From Myxococcota bacterium (lineage in GTDB: Bacteria; Myxococcota_A; SURF-8), in assembly GCA_965140415.1 (NCBI GenBank), contig OZ223209.1:3360001-3424000 (forward strand): 64,000 nt of DNA, given 5' to 3'. Both the position numbers and the translations under genes were made by a program. The notes under the pieces are model-generated. The model had not been told where the DNA came from and ran no database searches. It was given only the letters and a program-made list of their open reading frames with translations. Below are positions 16,732 to 26,673 of this stretch, piece by piece (position 1 is the first letter of the stretch; each line of letters begins with the position of its first letter).

Positions 16732-19700
16732 CTATTTCTCCGCCCAACTTGTTCCGATACTACATTCCACCAATCCTTTGACACTCGCATCAGGGAAGAT
16801 ATCCAGCATTCCCTCCATCATCACTTCGGCGAGGATCTGCTGCACCTCCTCGACATCGCCGGCGTCCGCCTCGACAATCAGCTCATCGTGCACCGCACCA
16901 ACCAATGAGGCATTCACTCCGGATTCATCCAACTTGGCTGTCAACCGCGCCATGGCGGCGTACAACACCTCTGCCGCACCGCCCTGGACCTGATAATTAA
17001 AGACCCGGAATGGGGTCAACTCCCGCGCACCGAACACAATCTCCCGACCGGCTGGAGTGCGTACCGAGTTCGATTGTTTGGCCTGCCGGAGCGCTCTCTG
17101 ATGCCAGGAAGCAAAGCCAGGATAGGACTTGAACCAAGCCTCCCGGTGCTGCCTGGCCTTTTTAATACTCATCCGAACGCCGTAGGTCTGTTCTGCATAT
17201 TTCTGAAGCCCCTTAGCCGACATCCCGAACAGAAGGCCGAAATTGATCGCCTTGGCTAACTGGCGTTCCAATTTCGTCACCTCCGAAGGGTCCTTATCCA
17301 GCAACATCGCCGCCGTCATCGTGTGGACATCCACACCGTGTATGTAAGCCTTCAGCAGAATGCTTTCAGGGGCAATATGGGCTGCGCTTCGCAACTCCAT
17401 CTGTCCGTAGTCGGCAATGACCAGTTGGCGGCCTTCATGGGCAACAAACAACCTGCGGAACGCTGCTTCTCTCGGCATGTTTTGCAGATTCGGCTTCGAG
17501 CAGCTCATGCGCCCGGTGATGGCCCCGGCCAGCCTGAAATCCGCATGGATCCTCCCCGTCGTGGGGTGCAGGTGTTCGATCAGACCCTTGCCGTAGGTAG
17601 AACGCTGCTTGGCCACGTCCCGATAGGGAAGGAGAATGTCGCTCACGACGGCCCGTGCGTCCTTGGAAAGCAACGGCAACCCCGCCTGCAGCTCGGCAGC
17701 TCCCAGTTTCAGCCCGCCCCCCGGAGTCGTCGGCCACTGCGCCAAAGCCTTTTTCCCGCTCTCTTTCAGCTTCGAAGCCACCCACTCTCCTAGTTGTTTG
17801 GTGCTGTTCGGGTTCCGCCCACCCAGGGCCTTTTGCAGCTTGGTCCGAAGCTGAGCCTCTCGTTCTCCCACATCAGCCATCAAGACGGCGTGCGCGTCTC
17901 TTTCAAAGGCCATGCCGGTCAGGCACATCTGTACCACAGCCGGTTGTGCGCCGATGACAAGATCGTAGGCGCGCCGGCTGTCCCGGCTTTCGACTTCTGC
18001 CTCAATTCGCTCGAACAAACGTCGGGTGACCTCGGCGTCCTTGGCGGCGTAGGCCAGTTGTGTGTCCGACATCTCTCCACTCCAGTCGGATTTCTGAAGG
18101 GTCTTGTCCACGGTCTCACCCAGCCAGTGCCCCACGGCATTTTCCAACGAGGCATGCTCGCCGGTGACCAGGTGGTGACCGAGCATGGTGCAGTCCAGGT
18201 TGACGGAGATGCCCGCAGCCTTCAGCATTCCCATGTCGAACACGGCGTTGTGCGCGATGCCGCGGATCTGTCTCAACGGCTCCCGTACGGCTCCGAGCCC
18301 ACCGATCTTGTCCACGTCCAGCACAACCACCGGCCCGTCCTCCGGCGCCAACTGGACGAGCCGAACTCGATCCAGGATGGGATCAAGCCCCGTGGTCTCC
18401 ACGTCCAGGCCGACCCGCTGACCCGAATCCGCCAGTTCGCCGATGACCCGACGCGCCTCGTCTGCGTCCACGATCAGCGTGTAATCGATGCCGGACGGTG
18501 CGTTCGTAGACTCGATCCGGTCGGAGACCGCTCCCATACTCTCCGTCGAACGGGGCGTGGTCGGTGGGACTGATTCCGGATCGTAATCGATCATCTGCCC
18601 CGATTCATCCCCTACCAGCATCTCCATCTGCGGCAAGGCCTCTCTTAACGCCTGGCCGAGATCTGCGATCTCAACGGTTCCGTCTTGCGAGTGATCACCG
18701 CAATTACGATTGAAGCCATGCACCTCCACCTCCTCCAGCCTGTGCCAGGCCTTATGGGCGTAAAGAGCGACGTCGCCGGTCATACCACGATGCCGCACAA
18801 GGGAGAGCCGCACCCGACCGCCCGCTCCTGGACCGAACCGGGGGTACTGCTGCTCCAGTTGCTGGATATGCCGAAAACAGGCCTGTGCCCGTGTTTCGTC
18901 ACCACGCATCCGGGCCTGATGACCGACAAACTCCCAGGGGTCAATAGCCACCTGCGTTGTGTTCTCGCCTTTGCCTTCCTTCACGTAGACCACCTGTGTT
19001 TGCATGGTGAGGAGGCCGTCCGCGGCATGCGCGATCGCCAGGCTGTCGCGCGCTGAATTTACATCGATTTCGCCCTCCTTGTTTGCCTGCCGTTCTGCCT
19101 CCTTTGTCGTAGATGACAGCGCAATCACCACCGCACCCGTTTTACGCGCAAGATCTTTACAGGCCACGGCGAGATTAGTGACTCGGGTTGTCGTGTCACC
19201 GTATCGGTCGAGCTGCTCGACCCCAGTGCGCGCAAGTTGCAAATAATCGATTACGACGATCGGCGTTTTATCGGGATGCTGCCGACGAACACGGCGAACC
19301 CATGCTCCGGCATCTGCCAACGTCGTCTCCAGACCCGCCTCCCAGATTTCGAGGAACTGACCCTCGTTCTGGAGATATTCAGTCAGGCCTTTGGTGAAAA
19401 CCGCTACCTCCTCGCGGTCCAGCAGCTGCATCTCGACCCGGCGGGAGTTCATTCCAAGCTTGCGCGCCATGGCATAGATCATCATCTGGTGCATGGCCAT
19501 TTCGTAGCCAACGTACAAGGCGGGAGTGCCATTCGCCGCCGCATGATCGAGAGTCTGCGCTGCGAGTGTCGTTTTCAATCCCTTGGGCGGCGCAACGATG
19601 ACGTACAGCCGCCCTCCATGCCAACCGCCATGGAGTAGGCCGTTCAATCCCTCGAACGGCGTGGGGATAACGGCGTTGGTGTCCCGCGCAAACAGCTCGA

Positions 19701-21279
19701 CGATCCGGGCCTGCTGCTGGGCGAGTGGACCGTGTTGCCCTGTCTCGATCAGGCAACCCTCCAGGTTATGCTGGAGCTGGTGGACCACCGCAGCCGCTGA
19801 CGGGCTGCTATCACCGGAGTTCGCCTCCGATAGAACCTGATGCACACGATACCGCCGCTCGAATTCCAAGGCCCGCTGGTATGCCGACATTCCTGATTCC
19901 GGGCTGTAGGGATGGTCTCGCAATTGCGCCATGAATCGCTCCACGTCCTCTACCAGCGCGTCCCGGTGTTGAGCAATACTCCGCTCCGCGATATCACAGT
20001 CGAGTTCCCGATAAACCGCCGCTGATGTCAATCCGCCATCGGTCATGGCCCGGGCCATCAGAGCTGCCGGGCTATAGGTCACGGTGATTTCGCCGTTCGA
20101 CTCCAGGGAGTGATCCGGCCAGACGTGCTCCAGTCTGTGAACCGGAAGGCCATCTTCCATGGCGGACCGGAGCAGGTCGAGGGCGACGGGAGGTTCGATC
20201 TGCCGCAACCCGGATTCAGACACGGACGGCGGAGGCCATTCGTCCGTCCGCGCCGGGCAGTCCTGACAACTGAAATATTCCCGCCAGCCCTTCATTTTTC
20301 GCGGGTAATCACAACGGAAATCGTCGCTGTGGTTCGAGAAGAAATTTTTGATCTTCCCATCGAACGTCTTGATGCTCGGGTGATCCTCAGAGGCCTCGGC
20401 CAGTTTGGTCGCCAGGTACCGGGATGCCTTCTTATCCAGTCCCCTCGAGTGCGCATATTTCGCAAGATTTAGGTTGGCCTTATCGTAGTCGTACTCATGG
20501 GACGATCCGTGTTCCAACATGGCGTCGATGCAGGGCGGGTGCTCGTACTCCGGTAGTTTCGACCAGTCTGGTTTGACAGAAGGCCCGGACTGCTTCGGCT
20601 CCCGGAACCCAGTCGCCTGCGCTTCTTTCCGGATCCGGTCGTGGGCCTGCCGGAACGGCGCCACCGTCACCACCTCGGTCCGCGCCAGCAGCGAGATCTG
20701 CTCATCCAGGTCCGGTGGATCGTCGAAGCCCGTGAGGGGCGCGCTGTCGGAGTACCCAGCCGGGTCCAGATACGCCGACCACAACCCCGATCCGCGATGC
20801 TTGCAGACCGGCAGCTTCATAACCGCCTGCGCCGCCTTGGTCGGGACCGCCGTATCGGGCCGGACATCGATGTGCCCTGCGCCGGGACAAGCCACATTGA
20901 GCAGATGTTTAAGAAAGGCCTGCAATTGCCCCGCCGGCACCGGTTCCGCAAGGCAGAAATCAAGGCCGTAGCCCTTGCGCCCGCTGTTGCAAACCAGAGG
21001 TGCGGGAAGGCCCAGTTCCTCTATCTTCCGCAGAACTGCCTGGACCAGAGGCCATTGATCCGCACCGCCGTCGAAATCGAGACGACCCACCCGACAGGTG
21101 CTCTCCGGTCCAACGATGTTCAAGGCCGCCGTCTGCTCACCGCGAAAATGGGCGCGCAGGTCGTTCTCGGCGATCGGTTCATCGCGGGGAATGTAGGCCT
21201 CGCCGTCCTCGCTCTGGAAATGGACTGGCTGGCTGGGCACCAGGTATAGCCGGTCTACGTGTTCAAGCAGTTCTTTCAT
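16732..21279 (-). CDS. Primase (AEP-like) - DnaB-like SF4 helicase - 3'-5' exonuclease - family A DNA polymerase fusion, 1515 aa
   Basis: LDFD and SGRKGY (AEP); PPC...C...CxxC; APPKGLKTT and VVIDYLQL (helicase); LDVET, HNAVFD, YAAKD (exonuclease); ADYGQMELR, AKAINFG, VHDEL (PolA motifs A/B/C); AGGAGGAG RBS before MKELL. Confidence 0.88.
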   Translation of the reverse strand: MKELLEHVDRLYLVPSQPVHFQSEDGEAYIPRDEPIAENDLRAHFRGEQTAALNIVGPESTCRVGRLDFDGGADQWPLVQAVLRKIEELGLPAPLVCNSGRKGYGLDFCLAEPVPAGQLQAFLKHLLNVACPGAGHIDVRPDTAVPTKAAQAVMKLPVCKHRGSGLWSAYLDPAGYSDSAPLTGFDDPPDLDEQISLLARTEVVTVAPFRQAHDRIRKEAQATGFREPKQSGPSVKPDWSKLPEYEHPPCIDAMLEHGSSHEYDYDKANLNLAKYAHSRGLDKKASRYLATKLAEASEDHPSIKTFDGKIKNFFSNHSDDFRCDYPRKMKGWREYFSCQDCPARTDEWPPPSVSESGLRQIEPPVALDLLRSAMEDGLPVHRLEHVWPDHSLESNGEITVTYSPAALMARAMTDGGLTSAAVYRELDCDIAERSIAQHRDALVEDVERFMAQLRDHPYSPESGMSAYQRALEFERRYRVHQVLSEANSGDSSPSAAAVVHQLQHNLEGCLIETGQHGPLAQQQARIVELFARDTNAVIPTPFEGLNGLLHGGWHGGRLYVIVAPPKGLKTTLAAQTLDHAAANGTPALYVGYEMAMHQMMIYAMARKLGMNSRRVEMQLLDREEVAVFTKGLTEYLQNEGQFLEIWEAGLETTLADAGAWVRRVRRQHPDKTPIVVIDYLQLARTGVEQLDRYGDTTTRVTNLAVACKDLARKTGAVVIALSSTTKEAERQANKEGEIDVNSARDSLAIAHAADGLLTMQTQVVYVKEGKGENTTQVAIDPWEFVGHQARMRGDETRAQACFRHIQQLEQQYPRFGPGAGGRVRLSLVRHRGMTGDVALYAHKAWHRLEEVEVHGFNRNCGDHSQDGTVEIADLGQALREALPQMEMLVGDESGQMIDYDPESVPPTTPRSTESMGAVSDRIESTNAPSGIDYTLIVDADEARRVIGELADSGQRVGLDVETTGLDPILDRVRLVQLAPEDGPVVVLDVDKIGGLGAVREPLRQIRGIAHNAVFDMGMLKAAGISVNLDCTMLGHHLVTGEHASLENAVGHWLGETVDKTLQKSDWSGEMSDTQLAYAAKDAEVTRRLFERIEAEVESRDSRRAYDLVIGAQPAVVQMCLTGMAFERDAHAVLMADVGEREAQLRTKLQKALGGRNPNSTKQLGEWVASKLKESGKKALAQWPTTPGGGLKLGAAELQAGLPLLSKDARAVVSDILLPYRDVAKQRSTYGKGLIEHLHPTTGRIHADFRLAGAITGRMSCSKPNLQNMPREAAFRRLFVAHEGRQLVIADYGQMELRSAAHIAPESILLKAYIHGVDVHTMTAAMLLDKDPSEVTKLERQLAKAINFGLLFGMSAKGLQKYAEQTYGVRMSIKKARQHREAWFKSYPGFASWHQRALRQAKQSNSVRTPAGREIVFGARELTPFRVFNYQVQGGAAEVLYAAMARLTAKLDESGVNASLVGAVHDELIVEADAGDVEEVQQILAEVMMEGMLDIFPDASVKGLVECSIGTSWAEK

Positions 21280-21490
21280 CGTCTCCTCCTTCACGAGAGA
21301 GTAGGCCCGCAGCAACGCCACCACGGCGCGGCGCGGTGAATAGGCCTATTCTCCCGCGAGGGGGAGGCCGCCCGCCACGGCCCCAGACGGGAGCGGCGGA
21401 CTCACCCCCTCTTGGGGGTTCTTTAAGATACTTGGGCGCTCGTGGCCGGACAGATGTGACCTGATTTCAGTTGGTTACAGGATCGGGCGC

Positions 21491-21551
21491 GAAAATAAGT
21501 GGTGGGTGTTCGGAAAATAAGTGGTGGGTAAACGGAAAATAAGTGGTGGGT
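21491..21551. repeat. Three 17-bp direct repeats at 22-bp period (iteron-like origin)
   Basis: GAAAATAAGTGGTGGGT at 21491, 21513 and 21535. Confidence 0.9.
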
Positions 21552-21574
21552 GATTGTAAGAGCTTGACATCAGG

Positions 21575-23620
21575 TCAGTTTTTAGGCTTCTTGCGTGGCC
21601 CGGGCTTTTCTAGTTCAGAGACCAGAATTCGTTTATCTCTCTTTAAATCCAGGGACTTGTACATCACCGCATAATCGTTTGACCCTTTGATCTTTACGAG
21701 CTCTCCCAGCGGGTTGGCTGGCGACGGGATTTCCACCGACCAGTCGGCAATCACCCCGGCCTCCGCCACCTGATCGAGTGAGGTAAATATCCGGATGGCG
21801 GCCTTTTTGGGCGTCAGGCCGTTGATCAGCGAGCCAAGACCAAGCGCGTGCAGGATGGTTTCCACCCGCGTGCCGTTGCCATTCGGAGTCTCCAACTCGG
21901 TGGTTCCCAGATTCCTGTACGTCGTGCGGAGGCGCAGCTCGATATAGAGCTGGAGTGCGGGAGCGGTGTGTAGGGCCTTTCGACGATAGCCGAACATGGC
22001 CTGACGGTTCGTGACCATATAGAGGGCTTTTTGGCCTTCACCAGTAATATAGGACGCCAACTGGGGATTGATCCGCCAATGAATGCAATGGGGTTGGCCA
22101 TTACGGATATCGACTGCCGAGACCTGGATGATACCCGTGATGATCCGTTCCTGGCCTTTATTCCTGAGACCGGAAAACGGGATGTTGATGCGGCGGGCGA
22201 CGTTCATGAAGGCGAAAAACAGCTCGCGCGGGTCGAGGTTTTCCCCGAGAATATTCGTGGTTCCTCTGCTCGCGATCCGCTCCACCTTGTCAGGGCGAAG
22301 AGTTTTCCAGAAGTCCGCCGCGGTGGTGGCGGTGTCATACCCGGTATTTAGCGTGCCGTTTTCCTCCGCCATCTGGAACAGGCCCACGTATCCCTGCGGC
22401 AGGAGCCATGAGACATTCGGCGCGACAAACACGGTCTGCACCGAGTTTAGCAGGGTGTCTTTAGACAGGTCATCGTCAATCACCGCGAATTCAAGGTCAC
22501 GATAGGTACGGCTTTGTGAAACCGGGCGTTGCAAGGCCAAAGCCTCGGCACCTTGACCAGTTGTAACGATGGAGAGTGGTTTGTCCATTTCCGGGTTCAC
22601 CTTCAGCACCGGCATGTGTGGGATGATATCTAAGAAATTGGATGGTACCTCTGTGAACTGACCGCGTAGTTCGGCACGTTGATCCGCATTACGCTCAATT
22701 CGACACCGCGTCATGTCCAGTTGCCGGCTCGCTCGGAGGAGTCGTTCTCTATGGCGGTTGATGTAATCGGTTAGACTGAGATACAATTGGCGAATTTCAC
22801 CGATATACCAGTCGACTTGCTCGCCGGACGCATCAGGCGAAAGTTCTCCAAGATCCTTCCGATGTCGAAAAAGTTTAGCAAGTTTCTCGGCCAGCTTGCC
22901 GGTGAATTCAGGTGTAGGGATGTCGATCCACTTGTTGGTCGGGCCTTCAATGAGCCAGAATTGAATGGTTTCGTCGTCTGAGTCAGAGAGAGTTGTCCCG
23001 CAGATCAGACGTTTCGTCGGGATTTTTAGACGATCCATCAGGTCATACAGGGCAGCCCAGGATGCGAGGTCATAGTAGGTCTCGACCTCATCCGTCAGTG
23101 GCATATAGGCGATGCTGGCTTGGGGGGTAGCAGTTGTACGGCTTAGTATCGAGTGGTTTGGGATCGCGTCCAGATATGCCTGCACGTATTCCAGCTCGGT
23201 TTGTTGTTGCTCGCGGAACTATCTCCGGGCGGCATCCTCTCTAAACAGCCGTACTTCGGTGGTTTTCGTTGTGGGTGACGTTCCCTCCATCGCGGTTACA
23301 TTCGATTCCACGCGCAGGACATCTTCGTGGCCGGGCTCACGCCAGAACCGAGTCTCCAGGTGGGTCAGCGCAGCCAATGGGAACTCCTGCCACAGGTCGG
23401 TGGCGGCATCCTCCACGGATCGGTCACCAACCGGTTCGGGGTAGCAGTAGAAATAGCCCTGGGCGAATGGTTTTTTGTAGTAGCCCGTCCAGTGGTCATC
23501 TGCAGCGGGCATCGCTACGTCGATCACGTTGACGGTGAGACCGCGCGCCGGGACTATGGGTAGGTCGATCGTGGTGAACGGAGATCGCGGAGTGGTCGTG
23601 GGTATCAGGTTCATGTTCAT
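21575..23620 (-). pseudogene. Putative replication initiator (Rep) split by one in-frame TAG
   Basis: The 133-aa and 536-aa ORFs are in one frame: ...EDAARR*FREQQQTELEYVQAY...; AGGAGG RBS only at the upstream ORF; iterons follow the 3' end. The Rep call rests on context only. Confidence 0.55.
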
Positions 23621-23652
23621 CCTCCTATCGAAAACGGTGTTGAGATCATATT

Positions 23653-23721
23653 TGTGTAGGGTTTCATAGCAGCTCTACAGAATTATCCGAGACACATTGA
23701 GCACATTGAAAACCCTACACA
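23653..23721. repeat. 12-bp inverted repeat plus tandem CACATTGA at the 3' end of the D5 helicase gene
   Basis: TGTGTAGGGTTT (23653) / AAACCCTACACA (23710); CACATTGA at 23693 and 23702. Confidence 0.65.
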
Positions 23722-25145
23722 GAACGTTTCCCCATTGTTTTCTGGTTCAGCCTGGCCCCCGAATATACAAAACCTTTTCGCGTTCGGATTTTCTCGAATC
23801 GCTCAGACATTTTTTTACCGAAGGCGGTTTCGGTCATTGGATTACCGCCACGATGTTTGCAGTAGGTTACATATGCCGTGAAAAATTCGCGAGCGGTGCT
23901 GGCCAATGGAAAACCGGGTTGGACATCTGGGTCGACCTTTACCTCGTCACGTAGAAAAGCGTCGATGGTCGCGGATTCCTGGGCATCGGCGTACGCCTCG
24001 GTCTCGTCCGCGATCCATGGGAGGGCGGCTGGGTCACGATGCTGATCGAGAAACCCAGATACATCTGTCCGGAGTGGTTCCAGAATCCAATGTAAAAATG
24101 CCGGTCCTTCCTGTAATAGCGCTTGGTGGCGGAGAAATTGATAGTCGTCTGTACCCAATATTCCCTCGGCCGGGATGACGTGGAACAATTTGGGGATCTC
24201 ATCACGAGATCCACGAAAAACCGGAGTGCTACGGTCGGCAGGCGTGGTCATTATTACCGTAAAAGGTGGCGCGACTATATCGACTGTTTCTGTTTTTGAG
24301 AGATTGAGCTGGATTTCCGGACGCTCATAAAACGGCCATAGAATCCGCTCGTCCAGCATAGCGTATTTAGACTGGTGTATATCTATAGCGAGACGAAGGC
24401 TGAGCAACTGGTGGAGCGATCGAAATTTATTTGGTTCGACCGCCGTTGTCACTGGCATTTCCACACAATAGCCGCCAGCTATCTGGTTGATAAACTGGAG
24501 TAGCAACCGGATACCATCCTCATCAGCGGTTTTGAGGATAATCAGTTTTTTTGCTCTGAATCCCGCTAAAACGGAACCTAAATACCGACGGAAAAATTCA
24601 AACTTCTCTATATCGTCATTGAATATGGTACTCAGAATGCCTGTAGTCCGTTCGCAACTGCCGGTCTGATTTAAAGGAAAACGTGTCGACACCAGAGGGA
24701 AATAATCCAGTGCCGCGGGACTCAACTGTCCGGTGAGAACATTGTATAGCCCGGCCGGTGTGTTAACATACCCAACATGCCCCTGGAAATGTCGGGTATC
24801 CGTTTCGCAGACGGCCTCAATCAATCTCAGGATTTCACGGTAGGTTGTGGATTTTGCCATCGCAGCAGCACGTCCTGCATCCGCCCAACGTCCCTGCCGC
24901 GATAGCTGGTTTGCAAATTGGAGAATTACCGACTGGATGTCCGGGAACAGATCGTTCTCACGAGCGGGTTCAAATATCCGCCCATTGAACCGCAGCCACT
25001 TTATGGTCGGGTTATACGCCAGAGCCGAGCCATGCTCTCGTAGAAATGCCTCTGCAATCGCCGGTAGGCCGACGAAATTCTGCTCAAATAAACGAGCAGC
25101 TTCTGACCCGAGGGTTCTATCCATTTCGATTGCTCCCAGCATCAA
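23715..25145 (-). CDS. P4/D5-family primase-associated SF3 helicase-like protein, degenerate ATPase motifs
   Basis: D5_N-like W..FNG / NTPAGLYNVLTG; FRRYLGSVLAG; C-terminal winged-helix pattern Y..YC...G..PM....FGK; Walker A position reads KTADEDGIRLL. Confidence 0.72.
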   Translation of the reverse strand: MMLGAIEMDRTLGSEAARLFEQNFVGLPAIAEAFLREHGSALAYNPTIKWLRFNGRIFEPARENDLFPDIQSVILQFANQLSRQGRWADAGRAAAMAKSTTYREILRLIEAVCETDTRHFQGHVGYVNTPAGLYNVLTGQLSPAALDYFPLVSTRFPLNQTGSCERTTGILSTIFNDDIEKFEFFRRYLGSVLAGFRAKKLIILKTADEDGIRLLLQFINQIAGGYCVEMPVTTAVEPNKFRSLHQLLSLRLAIDIHQSKYAMLDERILWPFYERPEIQLNLSKTETVDIVAPPFTVIMTTPADRSTPVFRGSRDEIPKLFHVIPAEGILGTDDYQFLRHQALLQEGPAFLHWILEPLRTDVSGFLDQHRDPAALPWIADETEAYADAQESATIDAFLRDEVKVDPDVQPGFPLASTAREFFTAYVTYCKHRGGNPMTETAFGKKMSERFEKIRTRKGFVYSGARLNQKTMGKRSV

Positions 25146-25329
25146 CAGTCTGTTCGTTTAGCCACTGGGCGATTGCGTCCTCGTCGTATCGGATCAACCG
25201 TCCGACCTTGATCCATTTGGGGCCGACGCCCCGTCTACGCCACGCCCTAGCACAGGCCTTAGTTATTCCCAGCCATTCGCAGAGCTGGGTTTCGGTTTTC
25301 AATCGACGTTGGATTTGCGGTTGTTTCAT
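25117..25329 (-). CDS. AlpA/excisionase-like HTH protein
   Basis: LCEWLGI....RAWRRRGVGPKWIKVGRLIRYDEDAIAQWL; GGAGG RBS. Confidence 0.85.
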   Translation of the reverse strand: MKQPQIQRRLKTETQLCEWLGITKACARAWRRRGVGPKWIKVGRLIRYDEDAIAQWLNEQTVDAGSNRNG

Positions 25330-25478
25330 GATCACCTCCAGTAGCGAGTAATCGCATTTGGTGACCATCGTAATGGAGGGAAAAATTAATGTATCGGTCT
25401 TATGGTAGAGAAATTGGGCGGGCTTACGATCGGAAAACAGATGAAAGGTTTAGCGGTCAGGAATGCCAAGCTTTCTTT

Positions 25479-26510
25479 TCAGATTTGGCGGTATAGGAAC
25501 CTTTTTAACCTTTTTTGCCAAGCATCATCACCATAGGTTTTCTTGTCATCATCATTGCCAACAAGAAGATTGAAGCATGTTTGGGTGAATTTCCACCGTT
25601 GTGTCTTGAATCTTGATGTAGGGATTTGTCTCATCCATACTTCCGCGAATGAATCAAACACCGAAACCAAACCAATGACGAATAGTTCTTCCAAAGTATC
25701 GGACGGGGAGCCCCCGAGCTTTTTAAATTCACTGATCTGATTTATCGAGGGCAAAATATTGTTTTCAAACTTACCGATCCAGCTTAAGGTCTGTTTTGGC
25801 TCAGAGCCCCATATTTCCTCAAACAGTTGGCTGGCCATCGAGTATAATTTGCTAAATGGGAGGTTGTGACCATAATCAAATACTTGAGGTATGATATCAT
25901 CATCAGAACCGAGTTTTTGACGACCAAAATAGGGCATTGTCAGGCGGTCAGCATCAACATCGATCAATTGCTTCTCAATGCTCTGTGCTTTTCCAATCGT
26001 CTCTCTTAGGGCATGAAGTTTGCCTTGAACTGCCAGTATATCTGTTCTCAGTTTATCAGCTTGATCAATCAAGCCATTTGCGATGCCGTGAATCTTTGGC
26101 ACCTCCGCAATCTGACGGAAGTGCCGATATGCAACCATTACACAAGAAGGAATCGCCTTAGAAAGTTGCCAAACCAGAAACTCCACCTGATCGTCTCTGC
26201 CAGCTTGATAGTGTTTCAGGATATTATTTTTCTCATAGTAATCATTTACAGCTTTGCTCGATAGTCGATAACTGCCTTCAGTGAAGGATTCGCCGTTTTC
26301 AATGGTATGGTAAACAAGTTTTCGCCAATCAGTGCTTGGGAATAGAGGAGTAATCCAATCGCCGTTACCATATCTGTTACCTGGTCGTCTCATTTCCCAT
26401 CGGTAGATTTTGTCTAGATCCCATTCGGATTTGCCCGAGAGCTTCTTCGGAAGAAATGCATCAAGGATTTCCTGCTTTTCCTCTATATTGAATGGTCGCA
26501 GATCTCGCAT
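25479..26510 (-). CDS. Hypothetical protein (AT-rich, first gene of the element)
   Basis: 343-aa open frame, no recognised motif. Confidence 0.65.
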   Translation of the reverse strand: MRDLRPFNIEEKQEILDAFLPKKLSGKSEWDLDKIYRWEMRRPGNRYGNGDWITPLFPSTDWRKLVYHTIENGESFTEGSYRLSSKAVNDYYEKNNILKHYQAGRDDQVEFLVWQLSKAIPSCVMVAYRHFRQIAEVPKIHGIANGLIDQADKLRTDILAVQGKLHALRETIGKAQSIEKQLIDVDADRLTMPYFGRQKLGSDDDIIPQVFDYGHNLPFSKLYSMASQLFEEIWGSEPKQTLSWIGKFENNILPSINQISEFKKLGGSPSDTLEELFVIGLVSVFDSFAEVWMRQIPTSRFKTQRWKFTQTCFNLLVGNDDDKKTYGDDAWQKRLKRFLYRQI

Positions 26511-26526
26511 TTACTCAACCTGTTGC

Positions 26527-26625
26527 TTGCTACCGATTGCTACCGAATATGATCAACCATTATGCAGTACTGAGCTTCCGAGAAGAAGCAAAATTTCCGC
26601 CTCTCCACTTGACTTATACTTGACT
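26527..26625. repeat. Two tandem direct-repeat pairs (possible integrase arm-type sites)
   Basis: TTGCTACCGA x2 (26527, 26537) and ACTTGACT x2 (26607, 26618). Confidence 0.5.
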
Positions 26626-26631
26626 CAGACC

Positions 26632-26668
26632 AAAAACAGCCACTCACGAAAACTCGTAAGTGGCTGTT
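26632..26668 (-). terminator. Hairpin downstream of tRNA-Pro
   Basis: AACAGCCACT-CACGA-AAAC-TCGT-AAGTGGCTGTT inverted repeat with a T-run on the minus strand. Confidence 0.7.
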
Positions 26669-26673
26669 ATTAC

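Larger units (their letters stand above)
8952..26673. mobile_element. Degenerate integrated element (phage-satellite/plasmid-like) at the tRNA-Pro 3' end; left boundary uncertain
   Basis: Directly downstream of tRNA-Pro; AlpA/Xis, D5 helicase, iterons, primase-helicase-polymerase, phage-like SSB; GC-richer core by eye; nonsense-disrupted genes. No integrase or att duplication seen. Confidence 0.75.

Noticed and set aside
21491-21551. 17-bp repeats as a mini-CRISPR
   Set aside because: Only 5-nt gaps; the phasing fits iterons.
8952-26673. Intact prophage
   Set aside because: No capsid, terminase, portal, tail, lysis or integrase genes are recognisable.
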